In this document: positions 29,369 through 39,656 of the stretch, one piece after another
Numbering within the stretch: position 1 is the stretch's first letter
How the letters are laid out: each line of letters starts with the position of its first letter
Assembly: GCA_963835065.1 (NCBI GenBank)
Contig: CAWIEK010000024.1
Location: 64,001-128,000 of the forward strand
Direction of reading: 5' to 3'
Source: an uncultured Chthonomonadaceae bacterium
Lineage (GTDB): Bacteria; Armatimonadota; Chthonomonadetes; Chthonomonadales; Chthonomonadaceae
Length of the DNA: 64,000 bases
The notes under the pieces: generated by a model
What the model was told of the DNA's origin: nothing
The model's input: only the letters and a program-made list of their open reading frames with translations
Databases searched by the model: none
Made by a program: the position numbers and the translations under genes

Positions 29369-29485
29369 TTAAAAATCCACGTAGATAAAGTGCGACGCGG
29401 TTCCGGTATAAAACAGGATCGTCGCCAAAAGCATCAGCGCCCAAAACAAGCCGCGCAGCAAGTCGCGTTTCCAGGAAGATTGCAT
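29369..29485 (-). CDS. DltX-like acyl-shuttle small membrane protein (38 aa)
   Basis: MQSSWKRDLLRGLFWALMLLATILFYTGTASHFIYVDF: one TM segment plus terminal FIYxxF, between the MBOAT and SGNH genes. Confidence 0.82.
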   Translation of the reverse strand: MQSSWKRDLLRGLFWALMLLATILFYTGTASHFIYVDF

Positions 29486-29511
29486 GATGTTGTATTTTTC
29501 TATAAGAAAGG

Positions 29512-30708
29512 TTAGAACATGCGCCGCAGGGCGATAAGCGCTTCGGGCAGGCCGGGAGCGGCGAAAAACACCCATCCGAAGCAGACAAACTGAATAGTCA
29601 GCGCGGTTCCGAACCAGCGGACGGGTTTTGAATCCGGCAGCGGCTTGACGACCATACGGTAAATTTGCAGCCCCGCCAATCCCAGGCCGTTCCACAGTCC
29701 CCACACGACGAAGGTCCAGTTAGCTCCGTGCCACAGGCCGCAGATCGCCATGACCAGGGTTAGATTAAAGATGGCACGCCCTTTGCTGACCTTGCTGCCG
29801 CCCAGGGGGATATACAGATAATCGCGTATCCAACTGGAAAGCGACATGTGCCAGCTATTCCAGAACTTCTGAAGGTTGGCCTGCCGATACGGGCGGTTGA
29901 AGTTTTCCGGCAGCCGGTAGCCGAGCAGTTGCGCGCAACCGATGGCGATGTCGGTGAAACCGGAAAAATCGTAGTAGATTTTCACGGCGTAAGCGTACAT
30001 GGCGATCCACAACTCTATACGGCTGGCGCTGTAGGGCGTTTTCAGCGCCTGCGTCAACAGGTCGGCGCTGTCGGCCACAATTAATTTTTTCGCCAATCCC
30101 TGCACGATGCGCGTCAGCCCGTCCGCAAGATAGACGGCCTGAAACTTGCCAATTTCCCGTCCCTGCTGCTGAAACAACTGAAACCGCTTGACCGGCCCCG
30201 ACACCAGGCTGGGAAAGAAAAAGGCGAACAGGCCGAAGTCCAGCAGGGAAGGCTTGTTCGGCACTTTGCCCAGGTACAAATCCACCAGGTAGTGAATGAA
30301 TTCAAAGGTGAAAAACGAGATGCCCCAGGGAACGAGGAACGTGGGCACGTCCATGGACTGCCCGATTTCCAGCGAACGGAGGGCGGAATTGTACGACAAG
30401 GCGAACATGCGCGAATACTTGAAGAAAAACAACACGCCTGCGCACAATACCAGCCCCACGCCCAAAGTAAATTTAACCTGCGTTTTGGGCGCGTCCCGTT
30501 TTTGCAGCCCCCAAATCACATTGCCAATGACATACACGATAACCGTCAGAGTTCCCAGCAGCAGGACGTAGGGCGGATAATTGTACGTGAAGTACCCCAT
30601 GCTGGCAACCAGCAGAAAAACGCCGCGCCAGGAGGCCGGAACCACCCACCAATAGCCTACAAAGACTAGGAGCATGAACGCGCAAAAGGTCCATGTTGTA
30701 AAAATCAC
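29512..30708 (-). CDS. MBOAT family O-acyltransferase (AlgI/DltB-like)
   Basis: GISFFTFE, FFPSLVSGP, YYDFSGFTDIA, ENFNRPY, FWNSWHMSLSSWIRDYLYIPLGG, GLWHGA. GTG start overlaps the upstream TGA. Confidence 0.95.
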   Translation of the reverse strand: MIFTTWTFCAFMLLVFVGYWWVVPASWRGVFLLVASMGYFTYNYPPYVLLLGTLTVIVYVIGNVIWGLQKRDAPKTQVKFTLGVGLVLCAGVLFFFKYSRMFALSYNSALRSLEIGQSMDVPTFLVPWGISFFTFEFIHYLVDLYLGKVPNKPSLLDFGLFAFFFPSLVSGPVKRFQLFQQQGREIGKFQAVYLADGLTRIVQGLAKKLIVADSADLLTQALKTPYSASRIELWIAMYAYAVKIYYDFSGFTDIAIGCAQLLGYRLPENFNRPYRQANLQKFWNSWHMSLSSWIRDYLYIPLGGSKVSKGRAIFNLTLVMAICGLWHGANWTFVVWGLWNGLGLAGLQIYRMVVKPLPDSKPVRWFGTALTIQFVCFGWVFFAAPGLPEALIALRRMF

Positions 30709-32357
30709 CGGCGGCTGCCTCCCGCCAATTTTGTCGCCGCGCCGGAAAGGGACAGGTCTTCGGCTTCTTCGCCCTCCATCCATTCCACATCGCGGAAGGA
30801 GCCGTCCTCAGATTTGAGGGCAGGGGGCGTTTCCTCCTGCTTCGTCAGCCGGGGCAGCGCGCCCAGCAAGCCGAGCCATATTCCCATCATCATCATGGTG
30901 CGGTAATTGGTAAACTGAAGGTCGTACTTGCCGTAGATGTAGGCCATGAGCAGGAAGATAATGCCCATCAAGCCCGCGCACAGCAATATCGGGTTTTTCA
31001 CGCCCCGACAGATTTGAAGGCCGCGAATGAAAACCGTTGCGATCATCAGCAGAAACGCGAAGAAGCCTAAATGCCCCGTCCGCATCCAAATCCACATGAT
31101 GCTGTTATGCGCGAAATACTGCAAAAAGTTTGTCGTGACGTTGGGCAGCACCTGCACCTGAATAAACGGCTTGCCGTAGCCATAGCCGTACCAGGGTGAC
31201 AGGTCGCGGGTAAACTTGAGGTCAAAGTTTTCGGCTTCGCGGTAGTTGTCGGAACCCTGATCGCGGTAATCGGGAGACGAGTTGGAGCGGATGGCGCGGG
31301 CAGGCAAGGCCCACGCGCCGCTTGCGTTCCAGGCGACGGGCAGATAGATGGCGGAAAGCACCGCAAACGCGCCGATAAACATACCGATCTGCTTGCGCCG
31401 CGCTTCAAACAGCGTCCACATAATCGGCAGGGATGCGACAAACGCGATGACGAAGGCCGCAATCCCGGCGCGGCGCTGATTTTCCAGCACGGTGAAGATC
31501 GTGGTCGGCAAAAACAGCCAGCACGCCCTCACCATCGCGCGGTTGCCTTTGTTGAGCGCCAGGAACATCAGCAGGAAGAAAGACACGTTCAGCACCAGGC
31601 TGTCCTCGTGGTCTAAAATTCCCTGTTCCCCCACCATGCCGCCAAGCTGGAAGTAGCTGATAAGCCCGACCACGCTCAACAAGCCCAAGCCGACAATAGC
31701 GAACCACAACAACTGCTCGACGTGCTTGCGCTCCGTCACCAGGTTCAGCACCACAAAATACATAATCAGCGGATAATACTGCGCCCGCACTTCCCACAAA
31801 GCCATTGTCGGATCGCCGCCGCTGATATACCCGTGTATGTAGCCGATGCTCGTGGTAATCGCGTAAAAGACGAGGACGCCGAGAAACGGCCCGCGCTCGA
31901 TCTTCAGAGTGCGCAGGGCAATAGAGCGCACCAGCCAACTCAGCAGGGCCAGCACAATGATGATTTCCGCCGGGCTGAACTTGAACGCCGACAGCCCACC
32001 AATGTGGAACATTTCTCCGATGTTGTTAAAATTGAGAAACACCGGGATATTGGAAGTCAGTTTTTGGGTGTTCTGAGCGCGCGGGTCCATGTCCAGCAGC
32101 GTGGTGAATAAGAACACCAGCATCAGCCCATAGCGCGGATAATTCCAGATGATGACCGGAACCATCAGGCAGACAACGATGCCGCCGCCGATGGTCAGCA
32201 GCGTTCCCGCTTCCAGATGGGGCGCAACGAAACTCAGCGTCACCATCAGCCCCATAACAACCGCCAGCAGGGCCACCATCAGCAGCAACATCACGTTACG
32301 ACGCATTTTCTGCTGCGCAATCAGGTCATGGGCATGGATAGGTTCCGTGTTAAACAT
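30705..32357 (-). CDS. O-antigen ligase/Wzy-type polysaccharide polymerase
   Basis: Many TM segments, QRRAG, GYGYG, AHNSIMWIWMRTGHLG (Wzy_C-like). Confidence 0.8.
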   Translation of the reverse strand: MFNTEPIHAHDLIAQQKMRRNVMLLLMVALLAVVMGLMVTLSFVAPHLEAGTLLTIGGGIVVCLMVPVIIWNYPRYGLMLVFLFTTLLDMDPRAQNTQKLTSNIPVFLNFNNIGEMFHIGGLSAFKFSPAEIIIVLALLSWLVRSIALRTLKIERGPFLGVLVFYAITTSIGYIHGYISGGDPTMALWEVRAQYYPLIMYFVVLNLVTERKHVEQLLWFAIVGLGLLSVVGLISYFQLGGMVGEQGILDHEDSLVLNVSFFLLMFLALNKGNRAMVRACWLFLPTTIFTVLENQRRAGIAAFVIAFVASLPIMWTLFEARRKQIGMFIGAFAVLSAIYLPVAWNASGAWALPARAIRSNSSPDYRDQGSDNYREAENFDLKFTRDLSPWYGYGYGKPFIQVQVLPNVTTNFLQYFAHNSIMWIWMRTGHLGFFAFLLMIATVFIRGLQICRGVKNPILLCAGLMGIIFLLMAYIYGKYDLQFTNYRTMMMMGIWLGLLGALPRLTKQEETPPALKSEDGSFRDVEWMEGEEAEDLSLSGAATKLAGGSRR

Positions 32358-32359
32358 CC

Positions 32360-32494
32360 TCAGCCTTTCAGCCAGTTAAACATCATCCAGGTCAAAATGA
32401 CGACGCCGACCCCGAACCAGCCTTTAGGGGAAAGTTTCCGGGTCAGCAGTCCGATGCCGATAAAAAGGAAAAACAACTGGAGATCGTAGCGCAT
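32360..32494 (-). CDS. Small hydrophobic membrane protein (44 aa), absent from ORF track
   Basis: MRYDLQLFFLFIGIGLLTRKLSPKGWFGVGVVILTWMMFNWLKG*; fills the gap between GH44 (10 nt) and Wzy (2 nt). Confidence 0.7.
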   Translation of the reverse strand: MRYDLQLFFLFIGIGLLTRKLSPKGWFGVGVVILTWMMFNWLKG

Positions 32495-32504
32495 AAATTA
32501 GACC

Positions 32505-34211
32505 TTAGAAAGCACAGCGCAGCAAAGTCAGGGAAGAAGGCGGCAAAGTGAGATACGTTTCGCCTGCGCTCAGTGTAATATCGGGATATTGTACGATACT
32601 TTTCAGGTTCGCGCCGTCATAACGCCAGACTTGCGCGCGTTGCGGCGCGGCTTGACCACGTTCGCCATGCAGTTTCACGGACACGTTTCGTTCCGCGCCC
32701 TTGTTAATCAGCATTATGGTGGCGGTTCCCGTCAGGCTGTCGCGCGCCGCGTAACTGGAAACCACATCGGGCGCGTCCGAAAGGGCCGAAAGAGCCGTAT
32801 CCCCGAAGCCATTGCCTTTGCCGTCGGCGTTGCGATACAGTTTGTACGCGAAAAAAGCGGGCGAGTTTACGGGCGGCGCTGTCCAGTAACAGGCCATATC
32901 TACCCGTTCGCGCCCCAAAATGCCAAGCACATCTCCCACCGCAAGCCCGCCGTTGAGCGTTGTTTCCGCGCCCCAGTTCCACTCCGTCAAGGCCAGCCGG
33001 GTTCCGGGATAACAGCTGTCAATCCATTGATGCAGGCGCGGCAGCAATTGTACGGGCGCGTCAATCCAGGATTCATCGTGGTAGGTTGCATCCCAAAGGG
33101 CGCGCGTGCTGCGCAGGCGGAGGGCGTTCGTCGCGTCATCCGTTTTGCCCGCGTACACCCCCTCCGCCTGCGGATAAAAATGTACGTCCAGTACGTCCAG
33201 CGTTCGCCTGCCGATTTTGCGGTCATGCGCGGCTACCTGCCGCAAAAACCAGGGCAGAAACGGCTGATTGCCATGCGCGCGGCGGTCGGCATGGGTGGCG
33301 TAGGTGTCGCTCCCCCGGTCACGCGGCGAATAAAAGTAACCGGACCATCCCCACGAAACCGGGCCGGTGATTTGCGCGCCCGCGTCCGCATCTTTCACGG
33401 CGTCCGCATACGTCAAAAATGTTTGCAGCAGTTCCTCGTAATCCGCCTGAACCGGGTGCATATCCGTATGCGTCGTGTCCCATAAATCTGGCTCATTGTC
33501 CATCGCGTAGTAGCGAACGCCGCCCTTCGCCGCATTGCCGAATGTCCGCGTCAGATGCGCCACCCACTCGTCCTGATAAACCACATCGTCTTTCAGTTCA
33601 GGCGGGTCCGCGAACGCGCCGGGTTTGCGCGGCAGGGAACGCACGGAAACCAATTTCCGGTTTTGGGCAGGGTCGTAGCCCGCAATCGCTTCGGAACCCG
33701 GCGCAATTGGCGGGCCTCCCTGCGCGGGAACGCCCACCGAAGCATGGCGATTGTCGCTGTCTCGCGCTACCCATCCCATCGTTGGGATCGTCAGCAGGAC
33801 TTGCGCCTTGTATGAAAGCGCCGTCCGAACGTGATTGTCGGCGCACCCGGACGGCAGATTGTCGGGCGGGCCTGAACTGGCGTAATTAACGTTAGCGAAC
33901 TTCCAGTCGCGGGCCGCGTTCCAGCAGTTGCCCCGTTCCCAATTGTAGCGCGTGTTGGGATTGCCGCCCCAGCGCGAAAGCGGAACACGCAGTTGCCTGA
34001 AATGTTCCGGTGACGGCGGCGCCATGCCGTAAATCATCGGATTGATCGCGCCAATCGGCTGCGCCATGTCTACGACAATCCCGATTTCCTGTTCCGGCGT
34101 TACGAGTTTCGGCGCGGGCGGCCTGCCTGCCACAACTGCCAGCAATGCCAACAGCCCACACGCTGCGATTGCCGATTGCCGATTTTCGATTTTCGATTTT
34201 GCTTTCGACAC
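32505..34211 (-). CDS. Glycoside hydrolase family 44, predicted secreted
   Basis: RWGGNPNTRYNW, DNEPDLW..TH.D.HP, LDVHFYPQ, RLRSTRALWD, LTEWNWG. Confidence 0.88.
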   Translation of the reverse strand: MSKAKSKIENRQSAIAACGLLALLAVVAGRPPAPKLVTPEQEIGIVVDMAQPIGAINPMIYGMAPPSPEHFRQLRVPLSRWGGNPNTRYNWERGNCWNAARDWKFANVNYASSGPPDNLPSGCADNHVRTALSYKAQVLLTIPTMGWVARDSDNRHASVGVPAQGGPPIAPGSEAIAGYDPAQNRKLVSVRSLPRKPGAFADPPELKDDVVYQDEWVAHLTRTFGNAAKGGVRYYAMDNEPDLWDTTHTDMHPVQADYEELLQTFLTYADAVKDADAGAQITGPVSWGWSGYFYSPRDRGSDTYATHADRRAHGNQPFLPWFLRQVAAHDRKIGRRTLDVLDVHFYPQAEGVYAGKTDDATNALRLRSTRALWDATYHDESWIDAPVQLLPRLHQWIDSCYPGTRLALTEWNWGAETTLNGGLAVGDVLGILGRERVDMACYWTAPPVNSPAFFAYKLYRNADGKGNGFGDTALSALSDAPDVVSSYAARDSLTGTATIMLINKGAERNVSVKLHGERGQAAPQRAQVWRYDGANLKSIVQYPDITLSAGETYLTLPPSSLTLLRCAF

Positions 34212-34289
34212 GGCGTTAAAAATGCCCGAACGCCTGCCAACGGTTCTTCTTGATGTGCGGCGTGAACCTGTTGAAAACGAAATTTGATC

Positions 34290-35459
34290 TCACGAGGCTA
34301 CCGTTTCTACCTTGTGAGCGTCTGCTTGCGTTTCGCTCAGGTCTGCGATTCTCGGCAGGGATGTCATGGTCAGCGCTTCCTCCGGCGTGGCGTGGAAAGT
34401 CAGCAATTCGTCACTTCGCGCCGCGCGCAGGGTTTTTTGGACGCGGGCATTGGCTCCGACGAGCCGCACTTCGCACCCCTTTTGCGCGGCGCGGCGCGGC
34501 AGGTTGAGCAGTGTGCCCATAATGGCGGCATCCACGCCTTCTACCCGCGTCAAATCCACAATCAAATGCGCGGGTAAATTCAGGATGCGCTCACAGCGCG
34601 CATTGAGTTCCGCCTGCTGCGCGCTGTCCAAAACGCCTTCCGCGCACAAAATAACGCTTTCTTTCGCGCGGGATTCCGTCCATCGAGCGGGGGCAGGCGC
34701 GTTTTGCGTTCGGCTGACGCGCCATTGCGCCACAAAGCGGCTGCCGAACTGCCCCACGTCCCGCGTATAGCGCTTCCAAAGCCGTTTCGGTTCCTGTGAC
34801 AGCCGAAACACCCACTCCAATCCCGATTTCTGCATCCACTGCGGCGCGCGAACCGTTTGCCCCGCCAGAAAATCAAAGGTTCCACCAACACCAATGCAGA
34901 CGGAAACTTCTTGCAGGGCTTCCCGATTGCGGTATATCCACTTTTCCTGTTTGGGATTGCCGAACGCGACCAGCAGAATATCCGGCCTGGCGGCGCGAAT
35001 GTCCCGCAGTAAGGGCGCATTGTCCATCTCGTCCAGCGGCTGCACGGGCGGCGACACGCAGCCCACGATTTGCAGGCCGGGATGCGCTTGAAGCAATTTG
35101 GCTTTGGCCTGCTGCGCCACTTCCGGCTTTGCGCCGATCATGTAAATGCGATAGCCTTTTTGCGCCGCAAGCGCGGCCAGGGCCGGCACGATGTCCGCGC
35201 CCGTCACCCGCTCCGGCAGCGCCGTTCCCAATGCGCGCGACGCCCACACCAGGGGCATACCATCCGGCATCACCAGATCGGCGTAGCGCAGGATATGGCG
35301 CAGTTCCGCATCGGACTCCGCATTGATGACAAAATCCGCGTTGGCCGTCGCCACCTGATGAAAGCGCTGTTCGCGTATAAATTGTTCCAGGCGCTCCAAT
35401 ACTCCCGGCATATCGAGAACGTCCACGGGCGTATTGAGAATGCAGACTAGTTGGCGCAT
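34290..35459 (-). CDS. WecB/TagA/CpsF glycosyltransferase with C-terminal STAS domain
   Basis: VATANADF, PDGMPLVW, ERVTGAD, GNPKQEKW, GVGGTFD, GLEWVFRL..EPKRLWKRY; C-terminal LIVDLTRVEGVD. Confidence 0.9.
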   Translation of the reverse strand: MRQLVCILNTPVDVLDMPGVLERLEQFIREQRFHQVATANADFVINAESDAELRHILRYADLVMPDGMPLVWASRALGTALPERVTGADIVPALAALAAQKGYRIYMIGAKPEVAQQAKAKLLQAHPGLQIVGCVSPPVQPLDEMDNAPLLRDIRAARPDILLVAFGNPKQEKWIYRNREALQEVSVCIGVGGTFDFLAGQTVRAPQWMQKSGLEWVFRLSQEPKRLWKRYTRDVGQFGSRFVAQWRVSRTQNAPAPARWTESRAKESVILCAEGVLDSAQQAELNARCERILNLPAHLIVDLTRVEGVDAAIMGTLLNLPRRAAQKGCEVRLVGANARVQKTLRAARSDELLTFHATPEEALTMTSLPRIADLSETQADAHKVETVAS

Positions 35460-35471
35460 GGCAGTCCTGAA

Positions 35472-35588
35472 AAGTAGTCAGTAGTCAGTAGTCAGTAGTC
35501 AGTAGAAATCCATCTTCTTGTAAACGAACACAAGCGCACAACTTTGAGTAGCAGAGAATTTCTACTGACTACTGACTACTGACTACTT
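35472..35588. repeat. Inverted pair of heptamer repeats (AGTAGTC)n / (GACTACT)n
   Basis: aagtagtcagtagtcagtagtcagtagtcagtagaaat ... atttctactgactactgactactgactactt; the GT2 stop codon lies in the right arm. Confidence 0.92.
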
Positions 35589-37083
35589 GCTAAGTTCATG
35601 TCGTTCCGTTCGTTTCCAGCCGCCGGCAGAACGGCCTGCCGCCATTACGGCGTAAACGCCCAGCTTCCACACAATATAAAAGGGGGCGCGCAGCAGGGAA
35701 AATGCGATGCGGGCCGGCATCCGCGCCACCCACATTCCCGTAAACAAATACCCGGCTTGCAGCAATAAAATCAGCGCCCACAGCCCCGCGAACGCCTGCG
35801 CCGTACGCCAGTGCAACCCCCAGCCCAGGAGCGCGCACAGGCCGCCCAACAGCACGGGCAAGGCGAACATTTCGGCAAACGGCGGCACGATCAATTCAAT
35901 CGCCCGATCCCGCAGCAGGCGGTTGCGCGTTCGCAGGCTTTCGCGCAGCAGGTTGGGCGCGACGGTAAACAACAGGCGGTAGCGCCCGCCTTCCCAGCGT
36001 TCGCGCTGACTTTTCGCCTGCGCGCCCGTTGTCGGCATTTGCGCCCATACGCAGGCTTCGGGCGTAAACGCGATCCGATACCCGGCGCGGCACAGGCGCA
36101 GGGCGTATTCGATGTCTTCCGTAATGGAATCGCCCGACCAGGGTATCTCTTCGACCACGCTTCGGGCAAAGCACATGCCGTTGCCCTTTAATCCGTCCGA
36201 CAAGCCCAGGCGTTCCCGTCCCAACGGCTTGACGACGTGCGCGAGAGCCAGGGCGCAGCTCATCAGGCGCGTTCGCCAGCTTTCGTCCGTGTTCAGCACG
36301 TCGTACCGAGCCTGTATCGCCTTGTTTCCCGTCTGCAACTCCGCCGCAAACACGCGCAAGAGATTGGGCGATACAAACGTATCCGCGTCCAGTACTACAA
36401 CGGCGTCAAAGTGCCGGGCGCGTTCCCAAGCCTCTGTGACGGCGGCATCATCGGCGGAACCGGAAAGCAGCCGCGTAGTCTCGCTTCCAACATGCGCCCC
36501 ACTAGCATTTTGCGCCGCAAGCGTTTCTATATTGCCCCGTTCCGCAAGCGCGGGGTTGGAAACCGTGCCGACAACCGTATCGGCAGAAACGGCAGGCTGC
36601 ATCAGCCAGTTGAGCATGTCTTCCAGGGCGAAGCCTTTGCCGATGCGCTGTGTATCGAAACGCTCCAACGCCAGCGCGCCGCATTGCCTCGCAATGGTCG
36701 CCGTTTGATCGTTGCAGTTGTCCGCAATCACCACCACTGCCACCGACTCCGGCGGATAATCCAGGCCGCGCAAGCCCTGCAAAGCCGCGCTCAATAACAA
36801 TTCCTCATTGTGCGCCGGAATCAGCACGACAAAGCGCGGCAGCGAACCGGAAGCGGTATCCACTGAGCTTCTGCCGGGGTTCAGATGAAGCAACAGGAAG
36901 CGCGGCGGCATCCGGGCGCGGCAAAATCACGACACGCTTCCTGCCGGGAAGGGCATTGAGCAACAGATACCATAAGTACGCCGCGCAGCCGGCAAAAAAC
37001 AGCCAGGGCAGCGCCATAATTAGGGCAAACGCGATTTCTTCCCATGCGGCAAAATGAAGCAAAACCTGATTCCTACTCTCCAA
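35583..37083 (-). CDS. Glycosyltransferase family 2, +1 frameshift near 36875
   Basis: IPAHNEE, ADNC.D, LDAD, ITED, QRERW (D,D,D,QxxRW-type); N-terminal TM segment in the adjacent frame. Confidence 0.85.
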
Positions 37084-37089
37084 ACCAAC

Positions 37090-37840
37090 CTATGAGAAAA
37101 ACTTTTGCAGCGATTTGGGCATCGAGGTGGACACGCCGTTGAGAACTACGCCCAACACGCGCTCGTTGCCCACCGCATCCATCGCCCGCTGCACAATCTC
37201 GCGCGGCGTCACGCCTGCCGCCACCACCATCACAATGCCGTCCACAATCGGAGCCAGAACGCGCGTGTCCGCTACCGGCAGAACCGGGGCCATATCCATC
37301 ACGATGAACTCATTTGCCATGCGCAGGGCGCTCATCACTTCCTGCAGGCGCGGGGAACGGGCCAATCGGTAAGGATTGGCGGCGGCGCGGCCTGCGGGCA
37401 CAATGGTAAAGTTGTCCAGTTCGGTTCTTTTGTATGATGTTGGTAAGGTCGTCCTCGCCGCCCTCCAGAATGTCCACCAGGCCGGAACACGGCGGCAGGT
37501 TCAGGCGGGTTTGCAAATCCCAATTGCGCAGGTTGGCATCCACCAGGGCAACGCGCTGCGACGAGTTCTGGGCAATCGTGCCCGCGAGGTTCATGGCAAC
37601 GGTTGTTTTCCCCTCGCCATACACCGCGCTGGTCACGCCCACCACGAAACAGCGCGAAGGGCTGGACGCGCGCTCCAGGTCGGCATGCAGCCGCGCGTAT
37701 TCTTCAGGAATAACCAGAACGCCGTTGCCGTTTTTATGCCCGTTGGAGCCGTTCCCGTTGGGAGAACTGCCCAACCGCGACAACGCGCCGCCCCCCGCCA
37801 GAGTGTCTTGTGCCATACTTCTAACATCCGTCCTTGTCAA
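37090..37840 (-). CDS. CpsD/CapB BY-kinase-like ATPase, +1 frameshift in an A run near 37428
   Basis: VTSAVYGEGKTT (Walker A), VDANLR; after the shift TELDNFTIVPAG..MDMAPVLPVAD..LGVVLN. Confidence 0.88.
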
Positions 37841-37847
37841 ATTGGAG

Positions 37848-37951
37848 AGGCATTAGGCATTAGATATTAGGCATTAGGAAAATCACTCTGGACAGCAAGG
37901 CTTTTCCTGATGCCTGGTGCCTAATGCCTAATATCTAATGCCTAATGCCTA
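37848..37951. repeat. Inverted pair of heptamer repeats (GGCATTA)n / (TAATGCC)n
   Basis: aggcattaggcattagatattaggcattaggaaa ... ttttcctgatgcctggtgcctaatgcctaatatctaatgcctaatgccta. The same unit occurs at 19555-19580, 42424-42504 and 43126-43192. Confidence 0.9.
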
Positions 37952-39448
37952 ACTTGGTAAACTGGGCCGATTATCGCCGCTTGCCATCTGCCGCCGCGCC
38001 GCCTTTTTGTTGGCGTCCATGCGCGGCAGAACCGCCAGAACCGGCTTGCCCAGGTGCTTTTCCACTTCAATGGGTGTGCGCAGCGAATGATCCATCGATT
38101 CGGACAGCAGGGAGAAACAGAACGCGATCAGCAGGCCGAGCAGCGGTCCCGCCGCCAGCATCAGCGCGCCCCGCGCGCCGCCTTTTTCCGCTTCCGCTTC
38201 CGGCTCAACCATAACTTTCAGTTCCTGCGCTTTGGTCTTGGAATCGCGCAGGGCGGTCAGGCGCGCGCTTTCCAGGTCCCCGCGCAGACTGGCGTGTATG
38301 CCGGCATACAGCCCCATGTCTTCGGTCATGTACTTGAACTTCAACGCCTCTTCCGGCGCAATGCGCGCCTTCTGATCCAGCGCGTTGCGCGCCGCAATCG
38401 CCGATTGCAGCGAGGATTGCAGGCTCGTAATGCCCAGCTCCTGATCGGTCAACTGCGTTTTCAGCGCCACATACTGCGGGTTATTATTGACGCGAATGGA
38501 AACCGCCGGCCCTCTTGTCGGTGCGGTACTGGCCGCTTTTGCCAGGTCGTCCGCTTTGACTTTAGCCTCATCATACGCCTTTTGAGCCGCCTTCACGTCA
38601 GGGTGCGCGTCGGTTTTGGTCAATTTCAGCTCATTGAGATGCTTTTCAGACGCGTCGCGGTTCTGAATCGCAGTGGCATATTCGGGGGCTGCGCCAGGGC
38701 CGAGATAGGTGGTCGAATCGGGAATCGTCGGGGGCGTTGCCTGCAAAGCGGCGGCGATGGAAGCGCGCTGCTTCTGCGCCCCATCCAGTTGGCTTTGCAG
38801 CCGCTTTACTTCACTGTCGCGCTGCATCCACTCGCTGTTGGCAACGTCAAAGCTCAGGGCGGGATCGTGGATAGTCTTCAGTTGATAGGCTTTGACTTTG
38901 TTATCCAGGTCGCGCTGCTTTGCTCCATAGTCATTAACCAGGGTCGCCAGCAGATCGGCGCGGGTCGTGGTCAGAATGGTTTCCTGATCGAAGACGATAC
39001 GGTTATACTTGCTGTAGAACGCCTTGACGATCTTTTCGCAGGTTGCGTCCGGCCAGTGGCAGGAGATTTCCAGGATGTTGCCGCCGTCCGAACTGTAGAC
39101 AAGCGAGTTGTTCACCGCTTTGCAGAATTCCACGAATTCCAGTTCTGTTTTGCCTCGATCCAAATTCGCTTCGCGCATGGCCTGCTTGATGAAGTTGGGG
39201 TCGCGCACCATGATGTTGAGCACATCCAGCTTGAAGCGAATCGTGCCCCGTTGGCTGTCGTCGGGCGCACCCAGGACTTCCGATCCGGTCATTAGCACGA
39301 TCATGCGCGCGTTGTAGGACTTGGCGCGGAACAGGTAGAAACCTGTGGTCGCCAGCGAGGCGAGAATGATGGAAACGATAAACAATCGTTTGGAACGAAA
39401 AATCAGTTCCACATAGTTGAACAACGGCGAAGAGCCATACACACGCAT
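37949..39448 (-). CDS. Polysaccharide chain-length determinant (Wzz/GumC, Wzc N-terminal part)
   Basis: N- and C-terminal TM segments, coiled coil with TDAHPDV, C-terminal MDHSLRTPIEVEKHLGKPVLAVLP; GGAGG SD. Confidence 0.85.
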   Translation of the reverse strand: MRVYGSSPLFNYVELIFRSKRLFIVSIILASLATTGFYLFRAKSYNARMIVLMTGSEVLGAPDDSQRGTIRFKLDVLNIMVRDPNFIKQAMREANLDRGKTELEFVEFCKAVNNSLVYSSDGGNILEISCHWPDATCEKIVKAFYSKYNRIVFDQETILTTTRADLLATLVNDYGAKQRDLDNKVKAYQLKTIHDPALSFDVANSEWMQRDSEVKRLQSQLDGAQKQRASIAAALQATPPTIPDSTTYLGPGAAPEYATAIQNRDASEKHLNELKLTKTDAHPDVKAAQKAYDEAKVKADDLAKAASTAPTRGPAVSIRVNNNPQYVALKTQLTDQELGITSLQSSLQSAIAARNALDQKARIAPEEALKFKYMTEDMGLYAGIHASLRGDLESARLTALRDSKTKAQELKVMVEPEAEAEKGGARGALMLAAGPLLGLLIAFCFSLLSESMDHSLRTPIEVEKHLGKPVLAVLPRMDANKKAARRQMASGDNRPSLPS

Positions 39449-39656
39449 TACCAGTACCTCCCAGCGACGAACAGCGCGCCGTACATGCCCAAACATATAA
39501 AGGCGCTGCAAACAGGCTTCGCTTTCCCCGATAAGAACAAAGACAGAAGCGCGACAACCGAACAAACGCGAGAACGATTATGGCAGCGAAGTGACCGATT
39601 TTGCCATGCCGCGCATGAACTGCGCCTGCTTGCATAGGAACTCAATTTCTATACAT

